Origin: an uncultured Verrucomicrobiota bacterium
Lineage (GTDB): Bacteria > Verrucomicrobiota > Verrucomicrobiia > Limisphaerales > MWDV01
Direction of reading: 5' to 3'
Length of the DNA: 64,000 bases
NCBI GenBank assembly: GCA_964634255.1
Contig: CAZWJC010000008.1
Location: forward strand, 381 to 64,380
Both the position numbers and the translations under genes were made by a program. The notes beneath the pieces are model-generated. The model was not told the DNA's origin, made no database searches, and worked only from the letters and a program-made list of their open reading frames with translations. This document shows, piece after piece, positions 41,009 to 50,346 of the stretch. Each line of letters opens with the position of its first letter. Positions within the stretch are counted from its first letter, which is position 1.

Positions 41009-44000
41009 ATGGCATCCCTTCGCTCTATAAACGCCCATATCGAACTGTTTGGGACGGGCAATCAAGCCCGGTCGTGTTTTACTCGCATCCTCTGGCTGGC
41101 CGTTGTCGCTTCGGTGCTCACGCTCCGCTCCACCGCTTTGGGCGGTGCGGTCTGGGCTTGGGGTAATAACAGCGACGGCCAGTGCAGCGTGCCCCCGAAT
41201 CTGCCAGCCGTGACGGCCGTGGCCGGTGGCGGACTCCACAGCTTGGCGCTCACCCAGGACGGGCGTGTCCTCGCTTGGGGCTGGAATGTGCTGAATGAGA
41301 CCAATGTTCCGCCCGGACTGGCCAACGTGGTCGCCATCGCCGCCAACTACGGCTACTCGCTCGCGCTGAAGCGGGACGGCACGGTTGTTGGCTGGGGGAC
41401 GGTTTCCAACACCATCCCCGCCGGGCTGACGAATATCGCCGCCTTGGCGGCTGGGTTGGATCATTGTCTCGCGCTTCGCCGCAATGGCACGGTCGTTTCC
41501 TGGGGGAATTCCTACGCGGTTCCCGCTAATTTGACCAACGTTATCGGCATTGCTGCGGGTGACGGACACAGCGTTGCCGTCACGGCAAGTGGCCAGGTCG
41601 TGGCTTGGGGAAAGAACACCTCAGGTCAGGCCGACGTGCCTGCCGACCTCACCAATGCCGTGGCGGTCGCGGCGGGGAACAACCACTCGCTGGCGCTTCG
41701 GTCAAATGGCCGGGTTGTCGCTTGGGGTGACAACGCGGACGGCCAGACGAGCGTGCCGTCCGGTTTGGCGAATGTCGTTGCCATCGCCGCTGGCGGTGGG
41801 CACAACCTCGCGCTCAAGGCCGACGGCACCATTACCCTGTGGGGACGGAACAACTTTGGCCAAGCCAGCCCTTCCAGCCTTTCCGATGTTGTTGGCATCT
41901 CCGGTGGCGCCTACCACAGCCTCGCGCTGGTGGGAGATGCGTCACCCGTCATTACGGGCCAACCCATGAACCAAACCGCCATGCTCACCCGCGAAGCCAC
42001 GTTTCGGGTGCTGGCGGTAGGAAGCCGTCCGTTGCGTTATTACTGGTTCCATAACGGAACACTCCTGCCAGGTGCCAACGCCGCAGCGCTCACCCTGACC
42101 GACATTGAGATGAGCGATGCCGGCCTCTACCACGCAATCGTGTCCAACGTCTATGGCGCCGTGACCAGCTCTCCAGCCATGCTCACGCCGGTTGAACCGC
42201 CCCTGTTTGTCTCCGTCCAGCCGGCCGAGCAGAATGTGTCTTGCGGCGATCAGGTCGGCTTCCAAGCCATCGCAGGTGGGTTTGCCCCGCTGAGCTATCA
42301 ATGGCGGTTCCAGGGAACTGACATTGCGGGGGCGACTAATTCGGATCTGGTGTTGCCGGGCATCCTGACCAATCAAGCGGGCGGGTACTCGGTGGTGGTG
42401 ACCAACGTGTCCGGGATCGTGACGAGCGCCGTGGCCACGCTGGCCGTGGCCGTGGAATCGCCCGTGATCACCAGTCCGTTGACCGCCGTCGGCACGCAGG
42501 GCAGCCCCTTCGCCTATACCATCACGGCGCTGCATGCGGTGAGCTTCAGCGCTCTGGGCTTGCCGCCGGGGCTTACGCTTAACCCGCTTACGGGGGTCAT
42601 CTCCGGCACGCTGCTCGAAGCAGGTTCGTTTGAGACGATCATTTTGGCCGCCAACTCCTGCGGACAGACGGCCGAGACACTGGTCGTGACAATCGGCTCG
42701 GCAATCCCAGTTATCACCAGTGGCGGCACGGTCACGGGCACCGAGGAGACGGCCATTGCCTCCTACCGAATCACCGCCACACAGACGCCCACTTCCTTTG
42801 GCGCGGCAAACCTGCCCTCGGGTTTGTCGCTGGATGCCAATACGGGCATCATCTCGGGCGCTCCGATCTTTGCCGGAACCTTCACGGCGACCATCTCCGC
42901 CAGCAACATGTGGGGGGTGGGTTCAGCTCGCCTGCAGTTCAATGTCGCCAATCGCGTCATCAGCGGCCTGGCCGTCACGGACGTGAGCTACAACTACCAT
43001 TCGCCTTACCTCTTGGATTTCGAGTTTACGCTTCGCGATGGCAACAATAACGGGATCGTCACGCAGCCGTCGCTGTTGTCAGCCGTATGCATGGAGAACA
43101 CGCACCCAGGCGTGTCGCTGGCCTTGGGGCCGGATGGTACCGCGGAGCAAATCACCGCCACCACTCTGATAACCAACTACGTCGCTGAAACCGGCGTCTA
43201 CATCACCCGGAATACCGGCAAAGTGACCAGTAAGATTACCAAGACCTACTTGGTGTTGGATTACACCGAGAGTATTTCGGATCCCATCCTGAATGGGGAC
43301 GCCAATGGCGATGGCATTTCGGATGGCGTGGATTTCATGGTCAGCGGTGCCCAGTACTTCGTGAATCAGCAACCGGCAGATGCCCAGATCGGGGTCTATG
43401 AGTTCCACCGGGACGATCTTGATCCGAGCCAGGTCTTGGCGCTCACCAAGGATAAGGCGCTCCTCAACAACGCGATCGCGGGGATCTGGACCAACAACGT
43501 CAACTGGTTTTATGCGGGTTCGCGCTGCTGGGATGCGGTGGATGCGGCCATTCTTGCCTTGGGCGCGGCCAACCCGGACGAGCAGCACCATGTGATTTTC
43601 ATCTCCGATGGTCTGGACTCGTCCAGCGCTGCTACGCCGGATCAGGTGATAGAGGATGCCCAAGCTGGCAATGTGCGGGTGCATTGCATCGCGTTTGGCG
43701 ATAACGCCGATACGAATACGCTTGGCCAGATTACCTCCGCGACCGGCGGGCGGATGTTCCTCGCCGAGATCACGTCCGATCTGTTCGATCAATTCGCCCT
43801 GATCTCCAAAGACATCCAGGCGCAATACACCCTCCGCTGGGCTTCGTTGCGGAGAGACGCGACCGAAATCGCGCCGTTCTTCCTCCTCTCTTACCAAGGC
43901 TACACGGCTGCCCCGGCCGAGTGGACCTCGCGTATTGACTCCACCAACCGCGAGGTTTACACGAGCACATTCGAAGAGGAGGTTGATGACTCCGTGGACC

Positions 44001-44923
44001 CGCCGGTGACCAACTTGATCGAGACGATTGAGACCAACATTGTCAGCGACTTCTTCGTGGTGTGGGAAAACCGCGATCTGGGCGGCTACGTGGCCACCAA
44101 CTACGTTGGTAATGTGACTGAAGGTGCCCTCCGGTTGGCCTTGGACGAGGAGGTCAAGCCCACGGGCATCAACTTGCGCGCCACTTACATCCCGCGGTAC
44201 ATCCGGCAACTGCGCTTGCGCTACCGGCCCAACTGGCCTTGCAGTGCCAGCCTGAACGCGACCAACGCGGGGGAGATGCTCTATGGCTGGAATCTGATTG
44301 AGACCAATGATGTGGATGGCAGCACGTGTGTGTTGATCAGCAGCACCAATCCGGCAAGCATTACCACCAGTCTGCCCTTCCCTGGATTTGGCCCGTTGCT
44401 CACGTTCACCTTCAAGGACGTCCTCACCAAGCCGAAGGAAGCCTTCTCCTTCATCACCGTGGACAATTCGATCTACACCGGCATCCCAGCCGGCGGACAG
44501 AAATTCCTGTTTGAGCCCGGAAACACGAACAACTTCGTGACCAGCTATCCCGCTCTGCCCTACGGCACACCCGTTCCGTGGCTGATGGCCAACGGAATCA
44601 CCAGCAACTTCGCCGCCGCCGAAACCAACGACTTTGATGGTGATCGCGTGCTCACGTGGCAGGAATACCGCGCCAACACGAATCCGAAGGACAAGAATTC
44701 CCGATTCGCCATCACGAGCATGACCACGGACTTCTATGGCCGGTACGAAATCACCTTCACCACGGCGTCCAACCGCTGGTACCGGGCAGAAGCATCCGAA
44801 GACCTCGTGAATTGGGAAACGCTGGAAGACAACATCCCCGGCACTGGCACGCCGATCACGGTGACGGATCCGCAGAGTCCAGCGGTGTCGACGCGGATGA
44901 ACTACCGGGTGCGGGTTTGGTGA
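41009..44923 (+). CDS. Large exported RCC1-repeat / Ig-like / putative-Ig / vWA-domain protein (1,304 aa)
   Basis: ORF 40625..44923; its 5' extension overlaps the SGNH gene, so ATG 41009 (MASLRSIN...ILWLAVVASVLTL) is preferred. It has about 7 RCC1 blades (AWGNNSDGQCSVP...GGLHSLAL...) and 2 Ig I-set-like units (YYWFHNGTLL...GLYHAIVSNVYG; YQWRFQGTDI...GGYSVVVTNVSG). Three putative-Ig units follow (SPFAYTITA...LPPGLTLNPLTGVISG). A vWA/MIDAS-like segment is HVIFISDGLDSSS...VHCIAFGD...TGGRMF, with a TSP3-like ETNDFDGDRV, and the tail ends ...MNYRVRVW. Confidence 0.8.
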   Translation: MASLRSINAHIELFGTGNQARSCFTRILWLAVVASVLTLRSTALGGAVWAWGNNSDGQCSVPPNLPAVTAVAGGGLHSLALTQDGRVLAWGWNVLNETNVPPGLANVVAIAANYGYSLALKRDGTVVGWGTVSNTIPAGLTNIAALAAGLDHCLALRRNGTVVSWGNSYAVPANLTNVIGIAAGDGHSVAVTASGQVVAWGKNTSGQADVPADLTNAVAVAAGNNHSLALRSNGRVVAWGDNADGQTSVPSGLANVVAIAAGGGHNLALKADGTITLWGRNNFGQASPSSLSDVVGISGGAYHSLALVGDASPVITGQPMNQTAMLTREATFRVLAVGSRPLRYYWFHNGTLLPGANAAALTLTDIEMSDAGLYHAIVSNVYGAVTSSPAMLTPVEPPLFVSVQPAEQNVSCGDQVGFQAIAGGFAPLSYQWRFQGTDIAGATNSDLVLPGILTNQAGGYSVVVTNVSGIVTSAVATLAVAVESPVITSPLTAVGTQGSPFAYTITALHAVSFSALGLPPGLTLNPLTGVISGTLLEAGSFETIILAANSCGQTAETLVVTIGSAIPVITSGGTVTGTEETAIASYRITATQTPTSFGAANLPSGLSLDANTGIISGAPIFAGTFTATISASNMWGVGSARLQFNVANRVISGLAVTDVSYNYHSPYLLDFEFTLRDGNNNGIVTQPSLLSAVCMENTHPGVSLALGPDGTAEQITATTLITNYVAETGVYITRNTGKVTSKITKTYLVLDYTESISDPILNGDANGDGISDGVDFMVSGAQYFVNQQPADAQIGVYEFHRDDLDPSQVLALTKDKALLNNAIAGIWTNNVNWFYAGSRCWDAVDAAILALGAANPDEQHHVIFISDGLDSSSAATPDQVIEDAQAGNVRVHCIAFGDNADTNTLGQITSATGGRMFLAEITSDLFDQFALISKDIQAQYTLRWASLRRDATEIAPFFLLSYQGYTAAPAEWTSRIDSTNREVYTSTFEEEVDDSVDPPVTNLIETIETNIVSDFFVVWENRDLGGYVATNYVGNVTEGALRLALDEEVKPTGINLRATYIPRYIRQLRLRYRPNWPCSASLNATNAGEMLYGWNLIETNDVDGSTCVLISSTNPASITTSLPFPGFGPLLTFTFKDVLTKPKEAFSFITVDNSIYTGIPAGGQKFLFEPGNTNNFVTSYPALPYGTPVPWLMANGITSNFAAAETNDFDGDRVLTWQEYRANTNPKDKNSRFAITSMTTDFYGRYEITFTTASNRWYRAEASEDLVNWETLEDNIPGTGTPITVTDPQSPAVSTRMNYRVRVW

Positions 44924-44976
44924 TGGGGCAGGCCGCCTGTACCGAGTGTGCAGCGGGAGAAATATCGGCGCCAAGA

Positions 44977-45061
44977 TGGTGCTCGCGACAGGACTTGAAC
45001 CTGTATGGGTTGCCCCACTAGAACCTGAATCTAGCGCGTCTGCCAATTCCGCCACGCGAGC
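44977..45061 (-). tRNA. tRNA-Leu (anticodon CAG), type II with long variable arm, CCA encoded
   Basis: The reverse complement is GCTCGCGTGGCGGAATTGGCAGACGCGCTAGATTCAGGTTCTAGTGGGGCAACCCATACAGGTTCAAGTCCTGTCGCGAGCACCA. It has a 7-bp acceptor stem (GCTCGCG/CGCGAGC) and an anticodon stem CTAGA/TCTAG with loop TTCAGGT. The T-arm is ACAGG-TTCAAGT-CCTGT. Confidence 0.9.
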
Positions 45062-45228
45062 AGGCGACCGACGGGCATTCTATTACCCGGTCGGCGACTG
45101 CGGAGCAAGCCCGAACCGGAAAAAACAACGCGATTCAGCGGAGTAGTTTCTTGCCGCCGCGCATGAGGCGGGGGTTTCCGACTGCTCCGCGGCGAGTGGT
45201 AGCGGCTTGTTCCGGCACGAATTGACTT

Positions 45229-45945
45229 ATGGGCGCATTTCTCTTCACCGGCTGGGCCAGCGTGTTCGATCCGAAACGCGGCCTGTTTGACACCTGTTCC
45301 AGCGTCATTTATCACGACTGTGACGAGCCATCGGCGCGGGCCCGGTTTGAGGATGGCCTCCAACATGGTGGTCGTGCCGAAGACGAGCACTCGCGCAAGA
45401 TCGAGCAGATCACTGTGTCACCGATCGTGGACCGGCTCTTCACCGAAACCGGCGATGAAACGTTGGATTGGGCAGCCGTGGACGCGCAGGCAGGCCAGGT
45501 CTTGGAAGCGGGCGAAGCGGCCTACGAACAACAAGGTTACTGGGCGGATTGCAATGAGTTGGTTTCTCCAGCCCGCTTGGCCCCGGACATCCCCACACTG
45601 CAGCGCAATCTCCCTGACGACGTTCGTTCTGGCTTGAACTGGTCGGCGGAGGCGCAGAACTACTTCCTCGTTTCCGCGCTCGTCATCCCCAGCCCGGTTG
45701 AACCAGAACCAGACTACGACAACCCCGAACCGACCGACCTCGAGGGCGATCTGCCCGGCGGCCGCCGGGAAGCGTCGTTCCCGGAGTTGGCGGCGAAGGA
45801 AGCAACGGCGGTCATCAAAGCGCGAAACACGGTCGTGGCCGCCTGGCTCTGGCGGCGCTATGCCGCGGAAACGCCGCTGGCTCGCAATCCCATTCGCGTG
45901 GACGGCTGGTGCGCAGTCGTCGGACCCTCGAAGGAAGCCGCGTGA
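45229..45945 (+). CDS. Hypothetical acidic protein (238 aa)
   Basis: Clean ORF whose stop overlaps the GTG start of the next gene (GTGA). No motif recognised. Confidence 0.5.
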   Translation: MGAFLFTGWASVFDPKRGLFDTCSSVIYHDCDEPSARARFEDGLQHGGRAEDEHSRKIEQITVSPIVDRLFTETGDETLDWAAVDAQAGQVLEAGEAAYEQQGYWADCNELVSPARLAPDIPTLQRNLPDDVRSGLNWSAEAQNYFLVSALVIPSPVEPEPDYDNPEPTDLEGDLPGGRREASFPELAAKEATAVIKARNTVVAAWLWRRYAAETPLARNPIRVDGWCAVVGPSKEAA

Positions 45946-47090
45946 GCTGGTCGGTCAAGTTCCTGTGGATTTGCTGCGCCTTGGCGTTCACGCCATGTCT
46001 GCCTCGGGTTGGCGCGGCGCCGATGCCCACCAATACCCTCGTCTTCAATCTCCCTGCCACGCAGGAAAACCCGCGCAGCTCTGAGGGCGCGTTCGTCACC
46101 CTGAAACCGGGTCGAGTGCTGTTCCTCTACACCCAGTTCTATGGCGGCGGCGCGGACGAAAGTCCCGCGCGTATCGTGTCTGTCCAGTCGGACGATGCGG
46201 GGCGTACCTGGTCGCGCGAGCCGCGGGTGGTCGTCGAGAATGTTGGGCACGAAAACGTGATGAGCGTTTCCCTGCTGCGCCTGCAGAGCGGCAAGCTCGC
46301 GCTGTTTTATCTCATCAAGAACGGCCTGCATGATTGCCGCCCATGGCTGCAACTTTCCGAAGACGAGGCCCAAACCTGGTCGCCGCCGAAGCTCGTCGTG
46401 GATGCGCCCGGCTATTTCGTCCTGAACAACGACCGCGTGGTGCAGCTTACTTCCGGCCGGCTGATTGCGCCGGTCGCGTTCCATCGCTCCCGCAAGTCCG
46501 ATCCCAAAGACCCGCGGAGCTTTGATTCGCGCTCGCTCGCCCTCTGGTTTCTTTCGGACGACGAAGGCAAGACGTGGCGGGAGGCCAACGATTGGTGGGG
46601 GCCGCCTGCGCCCAGCCGCAGCGGACTTCAAGAGCCTGGCGTCGTCGAACTGGCCGATGGGCGACTGCGCAGTTGGATGCGTACCGACCTGGGCGCGCAG
46701 TACGAGTGCCTCTCCACCAACGCGGGCGTGGCGTGGTCACCCCCGGTGGCCGGTCCGCTCCGGTCGCCCCTCTCGCCCGCCAGCATCAAACGCCTGTCCG
46801 ACTCGTCGGATTTGCTGGCGGTGTTCAACGATCACTCCGGCCAGTTCCCGTTCGCGCCGGGCAAACGCACGCCACTCGTCGTGGCGATCTCGCGCGATGG
46901 TGGAGAAACGTGGCCGCTCCGCACAGTCGTGGAAGATGATCCGGAAGGCCGCTATTGCTACACGGCCATTCACTTTGTGGAGAACGCCGTGTTGCTTGGC
47001 TATTTCGATTTTCGCGCCACGGCGAAGAATCCGCTCGGCAATCGCCAGCTTATCCGGCGGATTGAGTTGGACCGGCTGACGCGCAAATAG
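45942..47090 (+). CDS. BNR/Asp-box repeat sialidase-like glycosidase (second copy)
   Basis: ORF 45909..47090. GTG at 45942 gives (V)SWSVKFLWICCALAFTPCLPRVGA, a signal peptide. There are four Asp-boxes: SDDAGRTWS, SEDEAQTWS, SDDEGKTWR and SRDGGETWP. Confidence 0.75.
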   Translation: MSWSVKFLWICCALAFTPCLPRVGAAPMPTNTLVFNLPATQENPRSSEGAFVTLKPGRVLFLYTQFYGGGADESPARIVSVQSDDAGRTWSREPRVVVENVGHENVMSVSLLRLQSGKLALFYLIKNGLHDCRPWLQLSEDEAQTWSPPKLVVDAPGYFVLNNDRVVQLTSGRLIAPVAFHRSRKSDPKDPRSFDSRSLALWFLSDDEGKTWREANDWWGPPAPSRSGLQEPGVVELADGRLRSWMRTDLGAQYECLSTNAGVAWSPPVAGPLRSPLSPASIKRLSDSSDLLAVFNDHSGQFPFAPGKRTPLVVAISRDGGETWPLRTVVEDDPEGRYCYTAIHFVENAVLLGYFDFRATAKNPLGNRQLIRRIELDRLTRK

Positions 47091-47133
47091 GAAACCCGGC
47101 CACGGTCGTTTGGGAATTGCGTACCAGCGCGCC

Positions 47134-48903
47134 CTATTTCACCGCGCTGTCCGCCGGGTGGATCCACACCCAATCGTTCTTGTCGAGGTCGGGTTTAGGG
47201 TAAGTCCACCCGCGCCAATCACGATGACGCGGGCTGGGTTTGCCGCCGTCATCCACTTTGTTGACGCCGACCGAATAAAGGACAAAACCGCCGCCGTCTG
47301 TGCGCCGATACTTCAGCGGCGCGCCCGTCACGATGTCGTGCGGCGGCTTCGTCACAAATTGCGGCGCGAGCGCATCCAGCGCCGCCGGGAACTCGCCGTT
47401 GGCCAGCCGATACCGCTCCAGCGCGCAAGCCAGCGTGGCGAGGTCCACCACCGTCTGCGCAAACGGGAAACTTTCGCGGGCTCCGGCATACATCTCCCAC
47501 AGTTTCGGCGTGATGAAGACCGGGAAGAATGGGTCGGAGTCGCCGAACAGTTCGCGCGGGCGAACGTTGGGTTTCGCTGCGACGCGGCGCGCAGCCAAGT
47601 CAATGGCCGCGCTTGCGTAATCCAAGTGCAGCCGGTGGATCGTGGCCTGATCTTGGAGCGACCACCCGACCGGATAGATGAGGCGCACGAGGTCCAACGC
47701 GCGTTGTTCGTCAGCCTTGTCAAAGACTTCCCGGGAAGGCTTGGGAGTCGAAGTGGGGATTAAGCGGTCCACGAGCGCCGCCATGGTCAGAGCATCCGCA
47801 CGCACCGCGTCGGCGTAGTCACTGAGAAGATCAAGCTTCTCGATCTGGCGCTGCAACTCGGCGACTTGCGCCGTCGTCCAACTGTGCTGCGCCAGCCCTT
47901 CCCACAACGGTTGCAGCGCATCCATGACGGCAAGGTGGTGGTGGGTGTAGGTGAGTGAGGATGGCTGGGGCCGTTGCCGACCGTAATCCGCCAGCCGCAG
48001 GATGAATAGCACGTCGCGGAACGCCGCCGCCGCATCTTGCGATGCCAGTTCCGCCGTGGCGCGCAATTGCACCAGCCGCAACAACCGATCCAAGTTCCCT
48101 CTTGCCTGACTGGACATCATGTTGTCCGCGTCTTGTTCCAAGGGAAACCAGCATGCCGGGCGATCACTGTAGGATCGCAGCGACTCGATCATCGGCGCAT
48201 AGGACTCCAGCATTTCCAGCATTGCGGCGGCAGCCTGTGCTGGAAGTGTGGAGTTCTGGCGATTGGTACTGACCCAGAAGTCCTTGTGCTGATTCGTCCG
48301 CGAGTGAAACTCGCGATAAAGTCCCAGGTCTGCGGCCCGCCCGTCGAGCCACGGTGCGAACGGCGCCGCCTGCCAGGGCCGCAGGTGGAACCGTCCCAGG
48401 CTGCCGAGTTGCGGTGACGTTGGCTGGCTTGCTTTGCTGGGCTGACGTTCAAAGAACGGCGCGAAGAGCGGCGCCTTGGCGAAGTTCTGATCATCCGGCG
48501 GTTGCGGCACGAGGAGGGTCTCGTAGTCCAGCGATTCACCGCGGGCCTGGGCTTCGCGCGCCACCGCGGCCCAGGCGCGTTTGCCGCGCCACAGTTCGAC
48601 GGCGTAAAACAGCGCCACGGTGGAGACGATGAAAACAAGGGTCCACCCGCAGAGCCGCCACGCATCGCGTCCCACCAGCCAGCGCCAGCCACGCCGCCAT
48701 GCGCCTGCACCAACCCGGACCAGCGCGTTCACGACCAGCAGCACCACCACCCCGAGGAAGAACGCCGGCAAGCCGTGAATGTGTCCCTCACGTTGTTCCC
48801 AGGTGATCTGGCTGTAGGCGGTCCACGCCAGCAACGCCACAATGGCAATTACTGGCCAGAGCCACTTCCTCCGAACCGTTGTTTCTGATGAATTCGTCTT
48901 CAT
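47134..48903 (-). CDS. Membrane-anchored hypothetical protein with GspG-pseudopilin-like C-terminal domain (589 aa)
   Basis: Three N-terminal TM helices. The C-terminus ALERYRLANGEFPAALDALAPQFVTKPPHDIVTGAPLKYRRTDGGGFVLYSVGVNKVDDGG follows the GspG globular-domain pattern (Y..dnG.yP..L..L......P.DPwG.pY.Y......f.l.S.G.DG..G). Its ATG overlaps the stop of the upstream anti-sigma gene (ATGA). Confidence 0.7.
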   Translation of the reverse strand: MKTNSSETTVRRKWLWPVIAIVALLAWTAYSQITWEQREGHIHGLPAFFLGVVVLLVVNALVRVGAGAWRRGWRWLVGRDAWRLCGWTLVFIVSTVALFYAVELWRGKRAWAAVAREAQARGESLDYETLLVPQPPDDQNFAKAPLFAPFFERQPSKASQPTSPQLGSLGRFHLRPWQAAPFAPWLDGRAADLGLYREFHSRTNQHKDFWVSTNRQNSTLPAQAAAAMLEMLESYAPMIESLRSYSDRPACWFPLEQDADNMMSSQARGNLDRLLRLVQLRATAELASQDAAAAFRDVLFILRLADYGRQRPQPSSLTYTHHHLAVMDALQPLWEGLAQHSWTTAQVAELQRQIEKLDLLSDYADAVRADALTMAALVDRLIPTSTPKPSREVFDKADEQRALDLVRLIYPVGWSLQDQATIHRLHLDYASAAIDLAARRVAAKPNVRPRELFGDSDPFFPVFITPKLWEMYAGARESFPFAQTVVDLATLACALERYRLANGEFPAALDALAPQFVTKPPHDIVTGAPLKYRRTDGGGFVLYSVGVNKVDDGGKPSPRHRDWRGWTYPKPDLDKNDWVWIHPADSAVK

Positions 48904-49487
48904 GCGACCTCCAGATCAGCGGGGCTGGCGGGCGAACGTTGGCTGCGCGGGGGCAAGGCGTCCGGCGCGGTCAGTTTCGGTCGAGACGGCTTCCCGGCAT
49001 CCGCGCGGAGCAGCGGCGACAAATGTTCCACTTTCAACGCGAGCAAAACCTCGCGAAGCGACACCGGCGGAGCGCTCGCCAGCGAAGCTGGCTTGGATGC
49101 GTCTGGGGCGGAGCAACGGAAGAACAAAACCAGCGCCCACATCGCCGTCAGACTGCCCCACGCCAGCCGCCGTCCGGACCACCAGCCGGAGAACCACGTG
49201 TCAGGACGCGCTGTCCCCGGCGCGCCGTCAGAAACGGCATCTGACCCCCTCACCGCCATCATCCAGCGCCGACGCAACGCAGCGGGCGCTTCAACCTCCG
49301 GCAAACGCTGGCCCGCTTCAGCCAGACCACGGGTAAGGTTCCGCAATTCTGCAAGCTTGGCCCGGCAGGTGACGCATTCGGCAAGATGCACTTCCAGCGC
49401 CGTCCGCTCTGTCTCTGCCAATGCGCCCGCGGCGAGCAGACTCAGATCCACCGCGTAACGCCCGCATTTGTTGAACAGCCATTTCAC
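48900..49487 (-). CDS. Anti-sigma factor, zf-HC2 (putative zinc finger) type, single-pass membrane protein
   Basis: The N-terminus ...ERTALEVHLAECVTCRAKLAELRNL carries the H-x3-C-x2-C motif of zf-HC2 anti-sigma factors, followed by one TM segment (WGSLTAMWALVLFF). Confidence 0.7.
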   Translation of the reverse strand: MKWLFNKCGRYAVDLSLLAAGALAETERTALEVHLAECVTCRAKLAELRNLTRGLAEAGQRLPEVEAPAALRRRWMMAVRGSDAVSDGAPGTARPDTWFSGWWSGRRLAWGSLTAMWALVLFFRCSAPDASKPASLASAPPVSLREVLLALKVEHLSPLLRADAGKPSRPKLTAPDALPPRSQRSPASPADLEVA

Positions 49488-49650
49488 GCTCCTGTATCCC
49501 CAGTCACGGTGGAAAGGTTCATGGAAATTCTGAGCCCTGTGGGGCTACGCCCCGTCCCTGGTCTGGATTCGGAGCCCCACTCCTGCGTGTTCGACCGCCT
49601 CAACCGACGGACACAGCTCAGCTCTCCAGCATCGCGTGCGTCAATACGGA

Positions 49651-50316
49651 CTATCCTGCGCGCAGCCGGCCGCGCAACGTAAGGTCGGTCGGCTTTGCCT
49701 TCGCGCCCAGCCAGGGCAACCGGTGAATCCGCCGCGGCTCGATGAACTCGCCAAGTAACTCGGCGTTCGTGCGCGTGGCGCTGTCGGGTTTGGGCAGGTC
49801 GAAGAATACCACCTGCGCCCGCGCAGCCAGCCCCGCTGGCAACGCTTCCAGCGTGAGCCGAATTTGATTCACCGCTCCCAGCCGGTTCGGCGACACGATG
49901 ATGGGCGTGGCCTTCAGCGCCACGATGAGTTCGCGAGACGCGAAATCCTCGCCCATCGGACTGAGCAACCCGCCTGCGCCCTCCACCACGACGATTTCAA
50001 AGCCCCGGCTCACACGCCGGATGTGTTTCACCACTTCCGCCAACCTCACGCGTTTGCGTTCGCGCCGCGCTGCCAGCACGGGTGCGATCGCCGCCCGGAA
50101 ATGCCACGGGTTCACCTCATCAAGCGCCAAAACCTTACCCGCCGCGGTGCTTAGCGCCACGGCGTCATCGCGACCGCCAGAGCACAGGGGCTTGAGCGCG
50201 GCTACGCGCGCGCCGCGCTCGCGCAGAAACCGCGTCAGCAACGTCGCGAACACGGTCTTGCCCGCATCGGTATCCGTGCCGGTGATGAAGATCGTGGTGG
50301 CCACGGGGTGTTTCAT
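49651..50316 (-). CDS. bioD: Dethiobiotin synthase
   Basis: ORF 49651..50346. ATG at 50316 gives MKHPVATTIFITGTDTDAGKTVFATLL...LKPLCSGG...VVVEGAGGLLSP, with the BioD P-loop GTDTxxGKT and the EGAGG motif. Confidence 0.85.
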   Translation of the reverse strand: MKHPVATTIFITGTDTDAGKTVFATLLTRFLRERGARVAALKPLCSGGRDDAVALSTAAGKVLALDEVNPWHFRAAIAPVLAARRERKRVRLAEVVKHIRRVSRGFEIVVVEGAGGLLSPMGEDFASRELIVALKATPIIVSPNRLGAVNQIRLTLEALPAGLAARAQVVFFDLPKPDSATRTNAELLGEFIEPRRIHRLPWLGAKAKPTDLTLRGRLRAG

Positions 50317-50346
50317 GGACCAAGAAGTCTCGCTCGGTCGGCGCAT

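Noticed and set aside
43079-45055. 658-aa minus-strand ORF starting MAELADALDSGSSG...
   Set aside because: Its N-terminus is just the translation of the tRNA-Leu gene, and the rest is antisense to the RCC1/vWA gene.
44977-49500. Integrative genomic island at tRNA-Leu
   Set aside because: I could not see an integrase or recombinase, a repeated tRNA 3' segment, or an obvious composition shift.
49488-49650. Search for an ECF sigma-factor gene upstream of the anti-sigma gene
   Set aside because: The 163-bp gap has no ORF of useful length on either strand, and the next gene is bioD. This is reported as an orphan anti-sigma observation rather than a missed gene.
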